In this document: positions 17,583-26,809 of the stretch, in pieces
How the letters are laid out: the number at the start of each line of letters is the position of its first letter
How positions within the stretch are numbered: position 1 is the first letter of the stretch
NCBI GenBank assembly: GCA_037189405.1
Contig: JBBCJD010000003.1
Coordinates: 84,824-148,823 of the forward strand
Reading direction: 5' to 3'
From: a bacterium
GTDB taxonomy: Bacteria > Armatimonadota > Fimbriimonadia > Fimbriimonadales > Fimbriimonadaceae
DNA length: 64,000 bases
Position numbers and translations under genes: made by a program
The notes under the pieces: generated by a model
Told to the model about the DNA's origin: nothing
Databases searched by the model: none
Seen by the model: only the letters and a program-made list of their open reading frames with translations

Positions 17583-20158
17583 TCGATTCCCCTTATTTCG
17601 GTCGTCGCGGTTTGTCGAGCGGGGACGCGCAGCCGGTAAGTGAGCCAACCCTCCTCGGAGCGTAAGGCGCTTCCTCCGACGTCGAAACGATGTCCCCAAA
17701 GCCCTTTGACGCGCACCGTGGCCAAAAGGTCCTTGTCCGCCGGATTTTCAACCTGAACGCTCGCTCGACGCTTACGCGTGTCGACCCGAAGCTCTTTGAG
17801 CTTGCCGCCCGTGCATTCGGCCACCACGTCGATCTCGCGGAACACGATGCGGCGCCCCACGCCGTCCCATACCGAGACTCCATAGGTCTCCAGGCCGCCC
17901 TCCGGTTCCATCTCGAACCGGCAGCCGAAAGTCGCGGCGCCGGATTTCGCTTCTGGAAGCACGTACGCGGTGACGTGCCGCAAGTAAGCGTAGAACGCAA
18001 GGCCCGAATCGCCGGTGAGCATTTGCGGGCCGAACTGGCGCGAACTGGCGTCGGGACAGTAGCTCATCGCGGCCGCGCCGTCGGGGCGAATGAGCGCCCA
18101 GAGGCTCATCAAGCCGCCCAGCGTCTGACGCATCCGTTCGTCGGAGAGCGGGCCGGCGTGCCGCTCGAGGCTTCGCAGGTACTGCATCGCATGCACCACG
18201 CCGCTCGTCGCCAGGCACTGCTCCCCTTTGTCCGCGACGATCGGCGGAAACACCGAATCGAACACCGAGGGCGAGCGCGACTCGGAGCCGTACCACCACC
18301 AACTCGCCGACATCGGGCGAGAGGCAAAGATCGCGTCGATCACGCGGTCCGAACGCTCGCGCTCTTCGGAACGAAGCGCGCTCTCCAGCAGCCCCTCGAA
18401 GCCGGTCGGTGTACCGAGGAAGCGGTCGGCCGGAGGCAGGTCCCAAAGTCGTGCGGCCTGCTGCAATCGCTCGAACCCGTCGCGGATGCGGCGGGCGAGC
18501 GGCGCGAGGTCCTCGCGCTCCAGCGCGGAGGCGATCTCCAAGAGATCGTACAGTGTCGGCACGCCGCAGACCCCGGACTGCTTGAAATCGGCGTTGCGGA
18601 ACATCGCCGCCGCGGTCTCGCCCGCCAGCGTCAGATACTGGTCGGCCTGGCGCTCGGTTTCGCCGTACCCCTTGGCGATGCGGCTCATCGCGTGGTACAC
18701 GTTCGCCAGCAGCGCATACATGCGGGGATCGGTCGGGTTCGAGGCGACCGCGTGGCCGTCCCCGAACGAAGAGCCCACGCTGTAGTCGGCCGGGTTCTGG
18801 AGATCGTCGAGGATGAATTCGCGGATCGTGTCGTCAAGCACGCGGATCTCGCGCCGCTCGGGGTAGATCGTGTTCTTCTCCGCCAGAAACAGCGTGTCGG
18901 CCAGCGCGCAAAACACCCCGAATCCGTCGGCGAAGAACTCGGGATCGGTGATCCGGTGATGGTTACGGATATTCGTGCAAAGGATCGCCAGATGCAGATT
19001 GCCGCTCGGGTCCTTGTGGACCTGATTCGCCGCGATCCACGCCGCGCGCTTGCGGATCAGCGATTCGATCGGCTCGGTGAACAGCAGGTGCGCGTGGCTG
19101 TAGCGGCCCTGCTGATCCTCCACGCTCAGCCGCACCGCCTTGGGCTCGCTGGCCTTGAGATAGCAGAACGCCTCCCCTTCGTCGGCGTCGGTCTCGAGCT
19201 CGACGTCCGCGTCCGCGAGGAATCGCCGCGCGTCGACGTTCGACATCTCTACCCCGATCCCGAGATCGATCGGCGCGACCGCGCTGGGCAGCAATCGCAC
19301 GATGGGGCGCTGGCACGCGCGTAGCGCGTCGATCAGCCCCTCGGCTCCGTATCCCGGTGTCGGCGCCATACGCGTCTGAAACCGCTTCGAATCGCCCGGT
19401 TCGAGAATGAGGGCGGTGTGGCCATTGGCCCAGCGATTCCACCCCTCGCGTTCGATCGCGGCCCGGCTATAGACGTACACCACGGGGATGCCGCCCCACC
19501 GGAACGGCGTCTGGAGCGAACTGCGGATGTGGCTGTAGAACTCCCACTCGGTGTCCTCGCCCGGAAAGATCAAAAGCCCCGGCGGCTCAGAATTCATGCG
19601 CTCGGCGTGCAGGTAGCTGGCCGCGCCGGCGATCGACTTATGGATGTGCACCCGATCACGCCAGGCCGCCTGCATCCGATCCAGCGAGAACCCGTCGCAC
19701 GCGTTGTTCAGCGCGAACGGAAACGCGAGCTCGCCGATCTCCAGGCTCATCCGCCCCCGGTTGCGGATCGTGAAATCCCACACGATCTGGGGGAGCATGC
19801 CGGGCACCTCGTAGAACTTGGAGTGCGCTTCGATCTCCGGCAAAAGCGAAAAGGTGTATTCGAACGAAGCGACCGCGGCCTCGCCGCCGAGCCCCAGCGA
19901 TTGCGCGGACGTGTTGCGAGACAGCACCCAAGGGTCGTCCGGGTTCGTCCGCGCGCCGAGCAGAATCGTGCCTGGATAGTAGTCCTCGGCGAACTCGTCG
20001 CCGATATTCATCGGCGGCAGAATGAATTGGAACTCCTCGCCGTCGTCGGGCAGGTCCGGATCGCTGACCCAGAGCTGCTGGATCCGCCCCCCGTTCCCGA
20101 ACTCCATCGAAATGAGCGAGCCGGTCAGCTCCGTTGGATCGAGGTCGAATTCATCCAT
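17579..20158 (-). CDS. Large conserved-looking hypothetical protein (~859 aa), no domain recognised
   Basis: Long ORF with coding-like composition. Start set at ATG 20158 (MDEFDLDPTEL), because the TTG at 20242 would collide with the divergent carboxylase start. Confidence 0.6.
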   Translation of the reverse strand: MDEFDLDPTELTGSLISMEFGNGGRIQQLWVSDPDLPDDGEEFQFILPPMNIGDEFAEDYYPGTILLGARTNPDDPWVLSRNTSAQSLGLGGEAAVASFEYTFSLLPEIEAHSKFYEVPGMLPQIVWDFTIRNRGRMSLEIGELAFPFALNNACDGFSLDRMQAAWRDRVHIHKSIAGAASYLHAERMNSEPPGLLIFPGEDTEWEFYSHIRSSLQTPFRWGGIPVVYVYSRAAIEREGWNRWANGHTALILEPGDSKRFQTRMAPTPGYGAEGLIDALRACQRPIVRLLPSAVAPIDLGIGVEMSNVDARRFLADADVELETDADEGEAFCYLKASEPKAVRLSVEDQQGRYSHAHLLFTEPIESLIRKRAAWIAANQVHKDPSGNLHLAILCTNIRNHHRITDPEFFADGFGVFCALADTLFLAEKNTIYPERREIRVLDDTIREFILDDLQNPADYSVGSSFGDGHAVASNPTDPRMYALLANVYHAMSRIAKGYGETERQADQYLTLAGETAAAMFRNADFKQSGVCGVPTLYDLLEIASALEREDLAPLARRIRDGFERLQQAARLWDLPPADRFLGTPTGFEGLLESALRSEERERSDRVIDAIFASRPMSASWWWYGSESRSPSVFDSVFPPIVADKGEQCLATSGVVHAMQYLRSLERHAGPLSDERMRQTLGGLMSLWALIRPDGAAAMSYCPDASSRQFGPQMLTGDSGLAFYAYLRHVTAYVLPEAKSGAATFGCRFEMEPEGGLETYGVSVWDGVGRRIVFREIDVVAECTGGKLKELRVDTRKRRASVQVENPADKDLLATVRVKGLWGHRFDVGGSALRSEEGWLTYRLRVPARQTATTEIRGIE

Positions 20159-20241
20159 AGCCGTCGAAGGTGAGCATACCGCCGTTTGCGACAGGCCGAT
20201 CGACTGAGGGGCTTCAGGCGGTAAGATTCCTGCTATCTGCA

Positions 20242-21849
20242 ATGGAGCCGATTCTTTCCAAAATTCAATTGAGCGACGACGAGCATCGGCGCAACCGCGC
20301 GGCGATGGAGACGATTCTCGAGGATTTCCGCCAGCGGAGCGCGCGCGTGCTTTTGGGCGGGGGCGAGGAGGCCCTCGCCAAGCATCGCAAGCGGGGCAAA
20401 ATGACCGCCCGCGAGCGCATCGACGCGCTGCTTGATCCCGGCGCGCCCTTTCTGGAGTTCAGCGCTCTGGCCGCCACCGATATGTACGGCGGAGAGGCAC
20501 CCGCGGCGGGAGTCGTGACCGGCGTCGGTCGCGTCGAAGGTCGCGAGTGCGTGCTGATCGCGAACGACGCGACCGTCAAGGGCGGCACCTACTTCCCGAT
20601 GACCGTCAAGAAGCACCTGCGCGCTCAAGAGATCGCGCTCGAAAACCGTCTTCCCTGCCTCTATCTGGTCGACTCGGGCGGAGCGTTCCTCCCGCTGCAA
20701 AGCGACGTCTTCCCGGACAAGGAGCACTTCGGGCGCATCTTCTACAACCAGGCCCAGCTTAGCGCCCGCAAGATCCCGCAGATCGCCGCGGTCATGGGTT
20801 CGTGCACGGCCGGCGGCGCCTACGTGCCCGCGATGAGCGACGAGACGGTGATCGTCAAGGGCTCGGGCACCATCTTCCTCGGCGGCCCGCCGCTCGTCAA
20901 AGCCGCGACCGGCGAGGAGGTCACCAGCGAAGAATTGGGCGGCGCGGACGTCCATACCCGCGTCAGCGGCGTCGCGGACCATTTCGCCGAAGACGACGCC
21001 CACGCGATCCAGATCCTGCGCGGCATCGTGGCGAGCCTCGGGCCGCTGCGCCGGTATCCCGGCGACGTCGCGCCGAGCGAGGACCCGCACTACGACCCCA
21101 CCGATCTGTACTCCCTGGTCCCGGCCGATTCGAAAACGCCCATGACGATGCGCGAAGTGCTCGCCCGCATTCTGGACGGCTCGAAGCTGCACGAATTCAA
21201 AGCCAATTTCGGCACCACCCTGATCTGCGGCTTCGCCCGGTTCCACGGCCACCTGGCGGGCGTGATCGCCAACGACGGCATCCTGTTCTCCGAATCCGCG
21301 CAGAAAGGCGCGCATTTCATCGAGCTGTGCTGCCAGCGCCAGATTCCGCTCGTGTTCGTGCAGAACATCACGGGCTTCATGGTGGGCAAAAAGTACGAGA
21401 ACGAGGGGATCGCCAAGCACGGCGCGAAGCTCGTGACCGCCGTCAGCACGGCGAACGTGCCGAAGTTCACCGTGATCGTCGGCGGCTCGTACGGCGCGGG
21501 CAACTACGGCATGTGCGGGCGAGCGTTCAGCCCTCGCCAATTGTGGATGTGGCCCAACGCCCGGATCTCGGTGATGGGCGGCGAGCAGGCCGCGAACGTG
21601 CTGCTTACCGTCAAAATCGACCAACTCGCGGCCAAAGGCGCTTCGATGACCCCCGAGGAGCAGGAGGCCTTCAAACGCCCCACCCTCGACAAATACGCCG
21701 AGGAGTCGTCGGCCTACTTCTCGACCGCGCGATTGTGGGACGACGGCGTGATCGATCCGGTCGACACCCGACGTGTGATCGCGCTCGGCATCGAGGCCGC
21801 GCAAAACGCCCCGATCCCCGAAGCCGGCTTCAGCCTGTACCGCATGTGA
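20242..21849 (+). CDS. Methylcrotonyl-CoA carboxylase beta (carboxyltransferase) subunit / acyl-CoA carboxylase beta
   Basis: [79 protein letters not shown] closely track MCCC2-type sequences. Confidence 0.85.
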   Translation: MEPILSKIQLSDDEHRRNRAAMETILEDFRQRSARVLLGGGEEALAKHRKRGKMTARERIDALLDPGAPFLEFSALAATDMYGGEAPAAGVVTGVGRVEGRECVLIANDATVKGGTYFPMTVKKHLRAQEIALENRLPCLYLVDSGGAFLPLQSDVFPDKEHFGRIFYNQAQLSARKIPQIAAVMGSCTAGGAYVPAMSDETVIVKGSGTIFLGGPPLVKAATGEEVTSEELGGADVHTRVSGVADHFAEDDAHAIQILRGIVASLGPLRRYPGDVAPSEDPHYDPTDLYSLVPADSKTPMTMREVLARILDGSKLHEFKANFGTTLICGFARFHGHLAGVIANDGILFSESAQKGAHFIELCCQRQIPLVFVQNITGFMVGKKYENEGIAKHGAKLVTAVSTANVPKFTVIVGGSYGAGNYGMCGRAFSPRQLWMWPNARISVMGGEQAANVLLTVKIDQLAAKGASMTPEEQEAFKRPTLDKYAEESSAYFSTARLWDDGVIDPVDTRRVIALGIEAAQNAPIPEAGFSLYRM

Positions 21850-21859
21850 CGATTCCGGT

Positions 21860-21885
21860 CCGAAAGGCCCCTTCCGGGCCTTCGG
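21860..21885 (+). terminator. Hairpin just after the carboxylase stop
   Basis: CCGAAAGGCCC / GGGCCTTCGG stem (one bulge) with loop CTTCC; weak T run afterwards. Confidence 0.4.
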
Positions 21886-22071
21886 ACTTTCGGTCTCAGT
21901 CAACAACTTTGCATAAACTTTAACAAATCGTCGCAGCAACCGCGTCGATTCAAGCGTCTATACAAATCAGTGAAGGACGCTCGAACCCACCCCGATCGGC
22001 TTTCGAACTATCTGTCCCGCCCCCCGGCGTGGCGGGACACCGTGATACGTTGCGCTAGCCCAACTCTCCTT

Positions 22072-22110
22072 AGGCTCGCGTGCGCCCGCACGCGAGCCTT
22101 TTTCGCTTTT
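22072..22110 (+). terminator. Strong intrinsic terminator with no ORF of its own, 25 nt upstream of the HNH gene start
   Basis: AGGCTCGCGTGCG-CCC-GCACGCGAGCCT followed by TTTTCGCTTTT. Confidence 0.6.
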
Positions 22111-22135
22111 GAACCCGGGAGGAACCGCTAAACCC

Positions 22136-22666
22136 ATGGAAGTCCTGGTGCTCAACAGCAACTATGAGCCGCTGAACGTGTGCAACATGCGACGCGCATA
22201 CTCCCTGCTGCTCGTCGGGAAAGCGGAGATCCTGGAGATTCGCGACCGGCCCCTGCAAACCGCGACGGGCGGGCTCGAAGCGCCCTCCGTGCTCCGCATG
22301 CGCTACACGGTCAAACGCCCGATGCCGCAGCTTCGCCTCTCGCGGCACTCCGTGCTGGCGCGCGACAACTACACCTGCCAATATTGCGGGGTGCGGAATC
22401 GCGAGCTCACAATCGACCACGTGATCCCGCGCTGGGCGGGCGGGCCGCACACCTGGGACAATCTGGTCGCCTGCTGCCGGCGGTGCAACCTCAAAAAGGG
22501 GGACAAGACGCCCGTTCAAGCGCGGATGAAGCTAGCTCGCAGACCCAAGCGCCCTCATTTCATCCCCTATCTCTCGCTGCCGCTTTACCTGCGCGCACAG
22601 TCCCGTGCCGACTGGAGCCTGTATCTTCCGGTGTTCGACGAGGTGCTGGGCGAGGCCTCGGCCTAG
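22136..22666 (+). CDS. HNH endonuclease family protein (McrA/COG1403-like, 176 aa)
   Basis: YTCQYCG...LTIDHVIPRWAGGPHTWDNLVACCRRCNLKKG; GGGAGG RBS. Confidence 0.8.
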   Translation: MEVLVLNSNYEPLNVCNMRRAYSLLLVGKAEILEIRDRPLQTATGGLEAPSVLRMRYTVKRPMPQLRLSRHSVLARDNYTCQYCGVRNRELTIDHVIPRWAGGPHTWDNLVACCRRCNLKKGDKTPVQARMKLARRPKRPHFIPYLSLPLYLRAQSRADWSLYLPVFDEVLGEASA

Positions 22667-22709
22667 CCGCCCTCTGCAAGTTCGGGCCCGCATCCCGCAT
22701 AATAGAGGC

Positions 22710-23495
22710 ATGCCGGTGTGGGGTGTGGTGAATCAAAAAGGGGGCGTGGGCAAAACCACGACCGCCGTCAATCTCGCCGCCGGGCTGGCCCTGCGCGGAC
22801 AACGCACTCTTCTGATCGACTGCGACCCGCAAGGCAACGCCACCACCGGTCTCGGGGTCGATAAGCAAAAAGCAGGCGAGACGCTCTACGACGCGCTCAG
22901 CCGAACCGTCGAAAACCCCGACGACAAGACCGCCCTCAAGGATGCGATCCGCCCCGCACTCCCTGGGCTGGATCTGGTGCCTGCGACCCTCGACCTCGCC
23001 GGGGCCGAACCCGTGCTGCTCAACGCCGTCGGCAAGGAGATGATCCTCAAAGACGCCCTGGAGCCGGTGCGGAACGAATACGACTGGGTCGTGATGGACG
23101 GTCCGCCGAGCCTCGGACTCTTGACCGTCAACATCCTGACCGCCGCCGACAGCATCCTCGTCCCGATGCAGTGCGAATTCTATGCGCTGGAAGGGCTCAG
23201 CCAACTTCTGAAGACGGTGGAGCTCGTCCGGCGGCGCATGAACCCGGGCCTGGAGGTCGCCAAGGTGCTGCTTACGATGCACGATCCGCGCAACCGCCTG
23301 ACCCAGCAGGTCACCGACGAGGTCACCGCGTATTTCGGCGACAAGGTGGCGCGCACCGTGATCCCGCGCAATGTGCGGCTCAGCGAATCTCCCAGCTTCG
23401 GCGAGCCCGCGGTCAAACTGTTTCCGGAATCCAAAGGCGCATGCGCCTACTTACAACTTGTGGACGAGGTGATGGCGACATGCGCCGCGCATTAG
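22710..23495 (+). CDS. parA: Chromosome partitioning ATPase ParA/Soj
   Basis: Deviant Walker A NQKGGVGKTTTAVNLA, IDCDPQGNAT, VMDGPPSLG, IPRNVRLSESPSFG. Confidence 0.9.
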   Translation: MPVWGVVNQKGGVGKTTTAVNLAAGLALRGQRTLLIDCDPQGNATTGLGVDKQKAGETLYDALSRTVENPDDKTALKDAIRPALPGLDLVPATLDLAGAEPVLLNAVGKEMILKDALEPVRNEYDWVVMDGPPSLGLLTVNILTAADSILVPMQCEFYALEGLSQLLKTVELVRRRMNPGLEVAKVLLTMHDPRNRLTQQVTDEVTAYFGDKVARTVIPRNVRLSESPSFGEPAVKLFPESKGACAYLQLVDEVMATCAAH

Positions 23496-24310
23496 GAAAA
23501 GGGCTCTCGCAACTGATCGCAGACCAATCGGAGAACGCACCGAGCGAAGCGCCGATCGAGGCGATCTCTCCCAACGCGAGACAGCCTCGCACGCAGTTCG
23601 ACGAAGAGGCCCTGGACGAACTCGCCGCCTCGATCCGGGAGCACGGCATCCTTCAACCCCTTGTGGTCCGCCCCCTCAGCGAGGGGCGCTACGAGCTGAT
23701 CGCCGGAGAACGCCGCCTGCGCGCCGCCAAACGCGCCGGGCTAGAGCGCGTGCCGATCCTCCTGCGCTCGGCGGACAACCAAAGCTCGCTCGAAATCGCG
23801 CTGATCGAAAATATCCAGCGCGAGGATATCGGCGCCGCGGAATGCGCGATCGCCTACCGGCGACTCATGGACGAATTCGGCCTCACCCAAGAGCAGGTCG
23901 CCGAAAAGGTCGGAAAATCGCGCGCCGCGATCGCCAACACCGTTCGGCTGCTGCGCCTACCCCGCCCGATTTTCGAGGGGCTCGAGCAGGGTCGCATCAC
24001 CGAAGGGCACGCCCGAGCGCTGCTCGCGTTCGAGAGCCATGCCCTCCAACTCGCGCTCTATGAAAAGATTCTGACAAAAGGGCTCACCGTCCGGGACCTC
24101 GAGCGGCTGGCCCAGGAGCGCCCGCGGCGGCGTGAGCCACGGCCCGCGACATTCGACCCACACTGGGATGCGCTTCAGGATCGGCTCTCGACCCATCTCA
24201 GCTCGCCTGTCCGGCTTTCGAAAGCGCCGAAAGGGGGCAAGATTCAAATCGAGTTCTACTCGGACGACGACCTCCAGCGCATCCTGGACGTGCTGGGAAT
24301 CTCGCTCTAG
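23480..24310 (+). CDS. parB: Chromosome partitioning protein ParB/Spo0J
   Basis: RALGKGLSQLI, NARQPRTQFDEEALDELAASIREHGILQPLVVRP, YELIAGERRLRAAK, HTH LTQEQVAEKVGKSRAAIANTVRLLRLP. Confidence 0.9.
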   Translation: MRRALGKGLSQLIADQSENAPSEAPIEAISPNARQPRTQFDEEALDELAASIREHGILQPLVVRPLSEGRYELIAGERRLRAAKRAGLERVPILLRSADNQSSLEIALIENIQREDIGAAECAIAYRRLMDEFGLTQEQVAEKVGKSRAAIANTVRLLRLPRPIFEGLEQGRITEGHARALLAFESHALQLALYEKILTKGLTVRDLERLAQERPRRREPRPATFDPHWDALQDRLSTHLSSPVRLSKAPKGGKIQIEFYSDDDLQRILDVLGISL

Positions 24311-24556
24311 AAGACAGGCAGCCCGAGGTCTCTTTGGCGGGACCTCCCGCCCTCGCTTGGATACCCGCTCTAGAACAGAAAGCCCGAAGTCTCTTTAGCG
24401 ATACTCTCCCGCCTTGGCTTCGATGCTCGCTCTAGAAGACAGGCAGCCCGAGGTCTTTTTGACGGGACCTCCCGCCGTAGCTTCGATGCTCGCTCTAGAA
24501 CAGGCAGCCCGAAGTCTCTTTGGCGGGGGCGCTGAGCGTATCGAACGACTTCGGCG
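24306..24556. repeat. Four 62-63-bp tandem units (A-B-A-B, i.e. 2 x ~125 bp) spanning the gap between convergent parB and the redoxin gene
   Basis: Each unit starts with TCTAGA (24306, 24369, 24431, 24494). The first supplies the parB TAG, and the last is the final ~20 codons plus TAG of the redoxin gene. Confidence 0.7.
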
Positions 24557-25151
24557 CCTCTCCGATCTCCTCCGCGAGCGTGCGGTTCATCTCTTGCAGC
24601 AGCTCGATCGAATAGCCTGGCCACATCTTGCGAATCTTGCCGTCTTTGCCCACGAGCACCGAAAACGCGGAGTTCGTGGCCTCAAACGCCCGGATGGTCT
24701 CCTTCGAAGGATCGCACAGGATCGGATAGGTGTTTCGGAAGATCTCGATCCAGTTCGCGGCCACTGCGGCGTCGCCATCGATCATCGCCGCGAACTGAAT
24801 CCGGCCGTGGAACTGCTGCTCCAGGGCTTTGAAAAGCGGCTCGCCATCGACGCTGCACGGGCAACCGTCGAGAATAAAATACAGAAAAAGAGGCTTCTCA
24901 CGGGTCAGCGAAGCCAGAGTGTGCGTCTCTCCCAGGGCGTCGCGGAGTTGAAACTCAGGCGCGACATTCGCCTTTTGCGCCTCCGAAAGCTCGCGCATCG
25001 GATCGGTCACGGGATGCTTGGGATCGCCATTGGGCAACGTCGAGCTGACGATCTCGATGCCTCCGGACTCGAGCGATTTCACCGCGAAGATCGCACCGCC
25101 CGCAACAAGCGCGGCGGCTACCCCCATCGAAAGAATCAACAATTTTTTCAT
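24495..25151 (-). CDS. Exported thioredoxin-fold (redoxin/AhpC-TSA-like) protein with a CPC motif
   Basis: Signal/anchor MKKLLILSMGVAAALVAGGAIFA; PLFLYFILDGCPCS at the position of the CxxC motif; thioredoxin-fold spacing. Confidence 0.65.
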   Translation of the reverse strand: MKKLLILSMGVAAALVAGGAIFAVKSLESGGIEIVSSTLPNGDPKHPVTDPMRELSEAQKANVAPEFQLRDALGETHTLASLTREKPLFLYFILDGCPCSVDGEPLFKALEQQFHGRIQFAAMIDGDAAVAANWIEIFRNTYPILCDPSKETIRAFEATNSAFSVLVGKDGKIRKMWPGYSIELLQEMNRTLAEEIGEAPKSFDTLSAPAKETSGCLF

Positions 25152-25242
25152 GGCGCCAGGCAAGAGTCTACCCAGGGGCTCCTGCCGGCAAAGGGTCCCC
25201 GGCCGCCTCGTGGAAACCAGCCTTTGAGAGCTTGCACCCGCC

Positions 25243-25254
25243 GGGGGGGGGGGG
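25243..25254. repeat. G12 homopolymer (C12 on the coding strand of the flanking genes)
   Basis: Direct count: ccGGGGGGGGGGGGcat. It lies 9 nt after the NUDIX stop and 92 nt upstream of the redoxin ATG. Confidence 0.9.
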
Positions 25255-25263
25255 CATCACCCC

Positions 25264-25740
25264 TTAGGTTCGGTTCCGCTGCCGCTCCAAAACGGTGTAG
25301 GAATACTCGAAGACGCTTTCGGTCAGAGGGTTCCAAAGATGGTAAAGCGTGGGCAGTTCGGCCAGCGTGAAGAACTGGCGGCCGAGCGATTCCTCTTTCA
25401 TGCCGATCTCCCCAAGGGTGCGGATCCCCGCCGTGTAGCAATCGGCCCAGCGCACCTCTTGCCGTTCGCTGATGCGATAGCAGCCGATATATTGGACGTC
25501 CTCCAGTTCGGCGCCGGCCTCTTCCATCGCTTCGCGATGGGCGGCTTGAAGCGAATTCTCGCCGGCTTCGACACGGCCGCTGGGGATCGACCACCCGCGC
25601 CCCTCGATGTTGCACACGAGCACCTTTTCGCCCTCCCAAGGAAAGACGAGCGCGGCGAACGCACGAAGCGGCGCGCGGAACGGCGCGGGAAAGAACTGAA
25701 GGCTCTGACGCCCCCACTTCCCTCCCGGAAAACGCTTCAC
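25264..25740 (-). CDS. NUDIX hydrolase
   Basis: Nudix box SGRVEAGENSLQAAHREAMEEAG; GTG start overlaps the lepB stop (GTGA). Confidence 0.8.
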   Translation of the reverse strand: MKRFPGGKWGRQSLQFFPAPFRAPLRAFAALVFPWEGEKVLVCNIEGRGWSIPSGRVEAGENSLQAAHREAMEEAGAELEDVQYIGCYRISERQEVRWADCYTAGIRTLGEIGMKEESLGRQFFTLAELPTLYHLWNPLTESVFEYSYTVLERQRNRT

Positions 25741-26177
25741 GGACGCACGACGACCTTACCGATGATGTTTTTCGCGGGTACCGCGCCGAACGCGCGGCTA
25801 TCTTCGGACTGCTCCCGGTTATCCCCGATCACGTAAACGTGCCCCTCGGGAACGATGTATTCCCCGTTGCTCACGTTCCAATTCTGCGGGATGTTCTGCC
25901 AATCCACCTTCTCCCCCTCCATACGGTAGACCCGCTTGATGATATAGTCCTTGGCCTCGTCCTCGCGGATCACCACGATATCGTTGTCCTTGACCTTCCC
26001 CACCAACCAGTACGCCTTTGAAACGAGTAGGCGCTTGCCCGGTTGGAAGGTCGGGACCATCGAGACCCCTTGGACCTGAACGGTGTGGAAATTGAAATAA
26101 AAGAACACCGCCACTCCGAGCGTGAGAAGCAGAAAAACTCCGAACCCGGTGACCGCCAATTTTCTCTTGGATCGCAT
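25737..26177 (-). CDS. lepB: Signal peptidase I
   Basis: TM anchor, catalytic Ser box GVSMVPTF, Lys box YIIKRVYRMEGE, and GDNREQSEDSR. Confidence 0.85.
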   Translation of the reverse strand: MRSKRKLAVTGFGVFLLLTLGVAVFFYFNFHTVQVQGVSMVPTFQPGKRLLVSKAYWLVGKVKDNDIVVIREDEAKDYIIKRVYRMEGEKVDWQNIPQNWNVSNGEYIVPEGHVYVIGDNREQSEDSRAFGAVPAKNIIGKVVVRP

Positions 26178-26288
26178 CGCGTTTAACCTCCACCCACCGC
26201 CGAACCGCCTCGCGGCGTCGCCTCTTCCTCTTATTTCGGCTCTTCTAGAAAGATATAATAATGGAAACGGCCGATTCCGTTCCAACGA

Positions 26289-26801
26289 ATGAACGATCTT
26301 TTCAGTAGCATAGCCCAACATTCGACCGAAGTGCTCGCGGTGCTGATCGTCCTCTTTTTGGGGCTCGGCGCGCTTTGCCTCGCGCTTTGGCGGCGGCAAC
26401 GCCGCTTCGAAAAGCAGTGGGGTCAGGTCCTGCGCGGCGCGCGGGGCGAAAGCCTCGAACGCCTGCTCTACGATCAGCTTCGTGAGAGCATGCAGCTTCG
26501 CGAACAGCTCGATCGGCTTCAAGCCGACGTTCACGCACTGCAAGAGCTCGGACGTTCGACCAAGCGTCATTTAGGGATCGTCCGCTACGATGCGTTCGAC
26601 GACGTGGGTGGGGCACAAAGCTTCGCGATGGCACTCTTCGACGATCAAGGCAACGGAGCCATCTTGAACAGCGTAGTGGGAAGGACGGACTGTCGCGTTT
26701 ACGCAAAATCGCTGGCTAAGGGCGCGTCCGATCGCAACCTGTCCGAAGAAGAGCAAAAAGCGATCGAACGAGCCAGCAGTCTGACTCAGTCGTTAGCTTG
26801 A
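26289..26801 (+). CDS. DUF4446-like membrane protein
   Basis: N-terminal TM, coiled coil, then GIVRYDAFDDVGGAQSFAMALFDDQGNG...VVGRTDCRVYAK, typical of DUF4446. Confidence 0.6.
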   Translation: MNDLFSSIAQHSTEVLAVLIVLFLGLGALCLALWRRQRRFEKQWGQVLRGARGESLERLLYDQLRESMQLREQLDRLQADVHALQELGRSTKRHLGIVRYDAFDDVGGAQSFAMALFDDQGNGAILNSVVGRTDCRVYAKSLAKGASDRNLSEEEQKAIERASSLTQSLA

Positions 26802-26809
26802 AGGAGTTC

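Noticed and set aside
21886-22666. HEARO / IscB omega-RNA-like system, suggested by a structured RNA candidate next to an HNH gene.
   Set aside because: - The HNH protein is only 176 aa.
- It shows just the HNH/McrA-type motif, with no RuvC segments or bridge helix.
- The upstream structured region is far shorter than HEARO RNAs.
- There are no IS200/605-like ends.
22136-24310. Origin-proximal signals near parAB: parS (TGTTTCACGTGAAACA-like) sites and DnaA-box clusters (TTATCCACA).
   Set aside because: Scanning by eye found no 16-bp parS-like palindrome and no cluster of DnaA boxes in or around the parAB genes. Absence by eye is not proof, so no feature is claimed.
24306-24556. CRISPR-array reading of the 62-63-bp repeats here, and of the 71-75-bp repeats at 2391-2625.
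   Set aside because: - The units are directly contiguous with no unique spacers.
- They are diverged rather than near-identical.
- They overlap coding 3' ends.
- No cas genes or leader-like sequence occur anywhere in the window.
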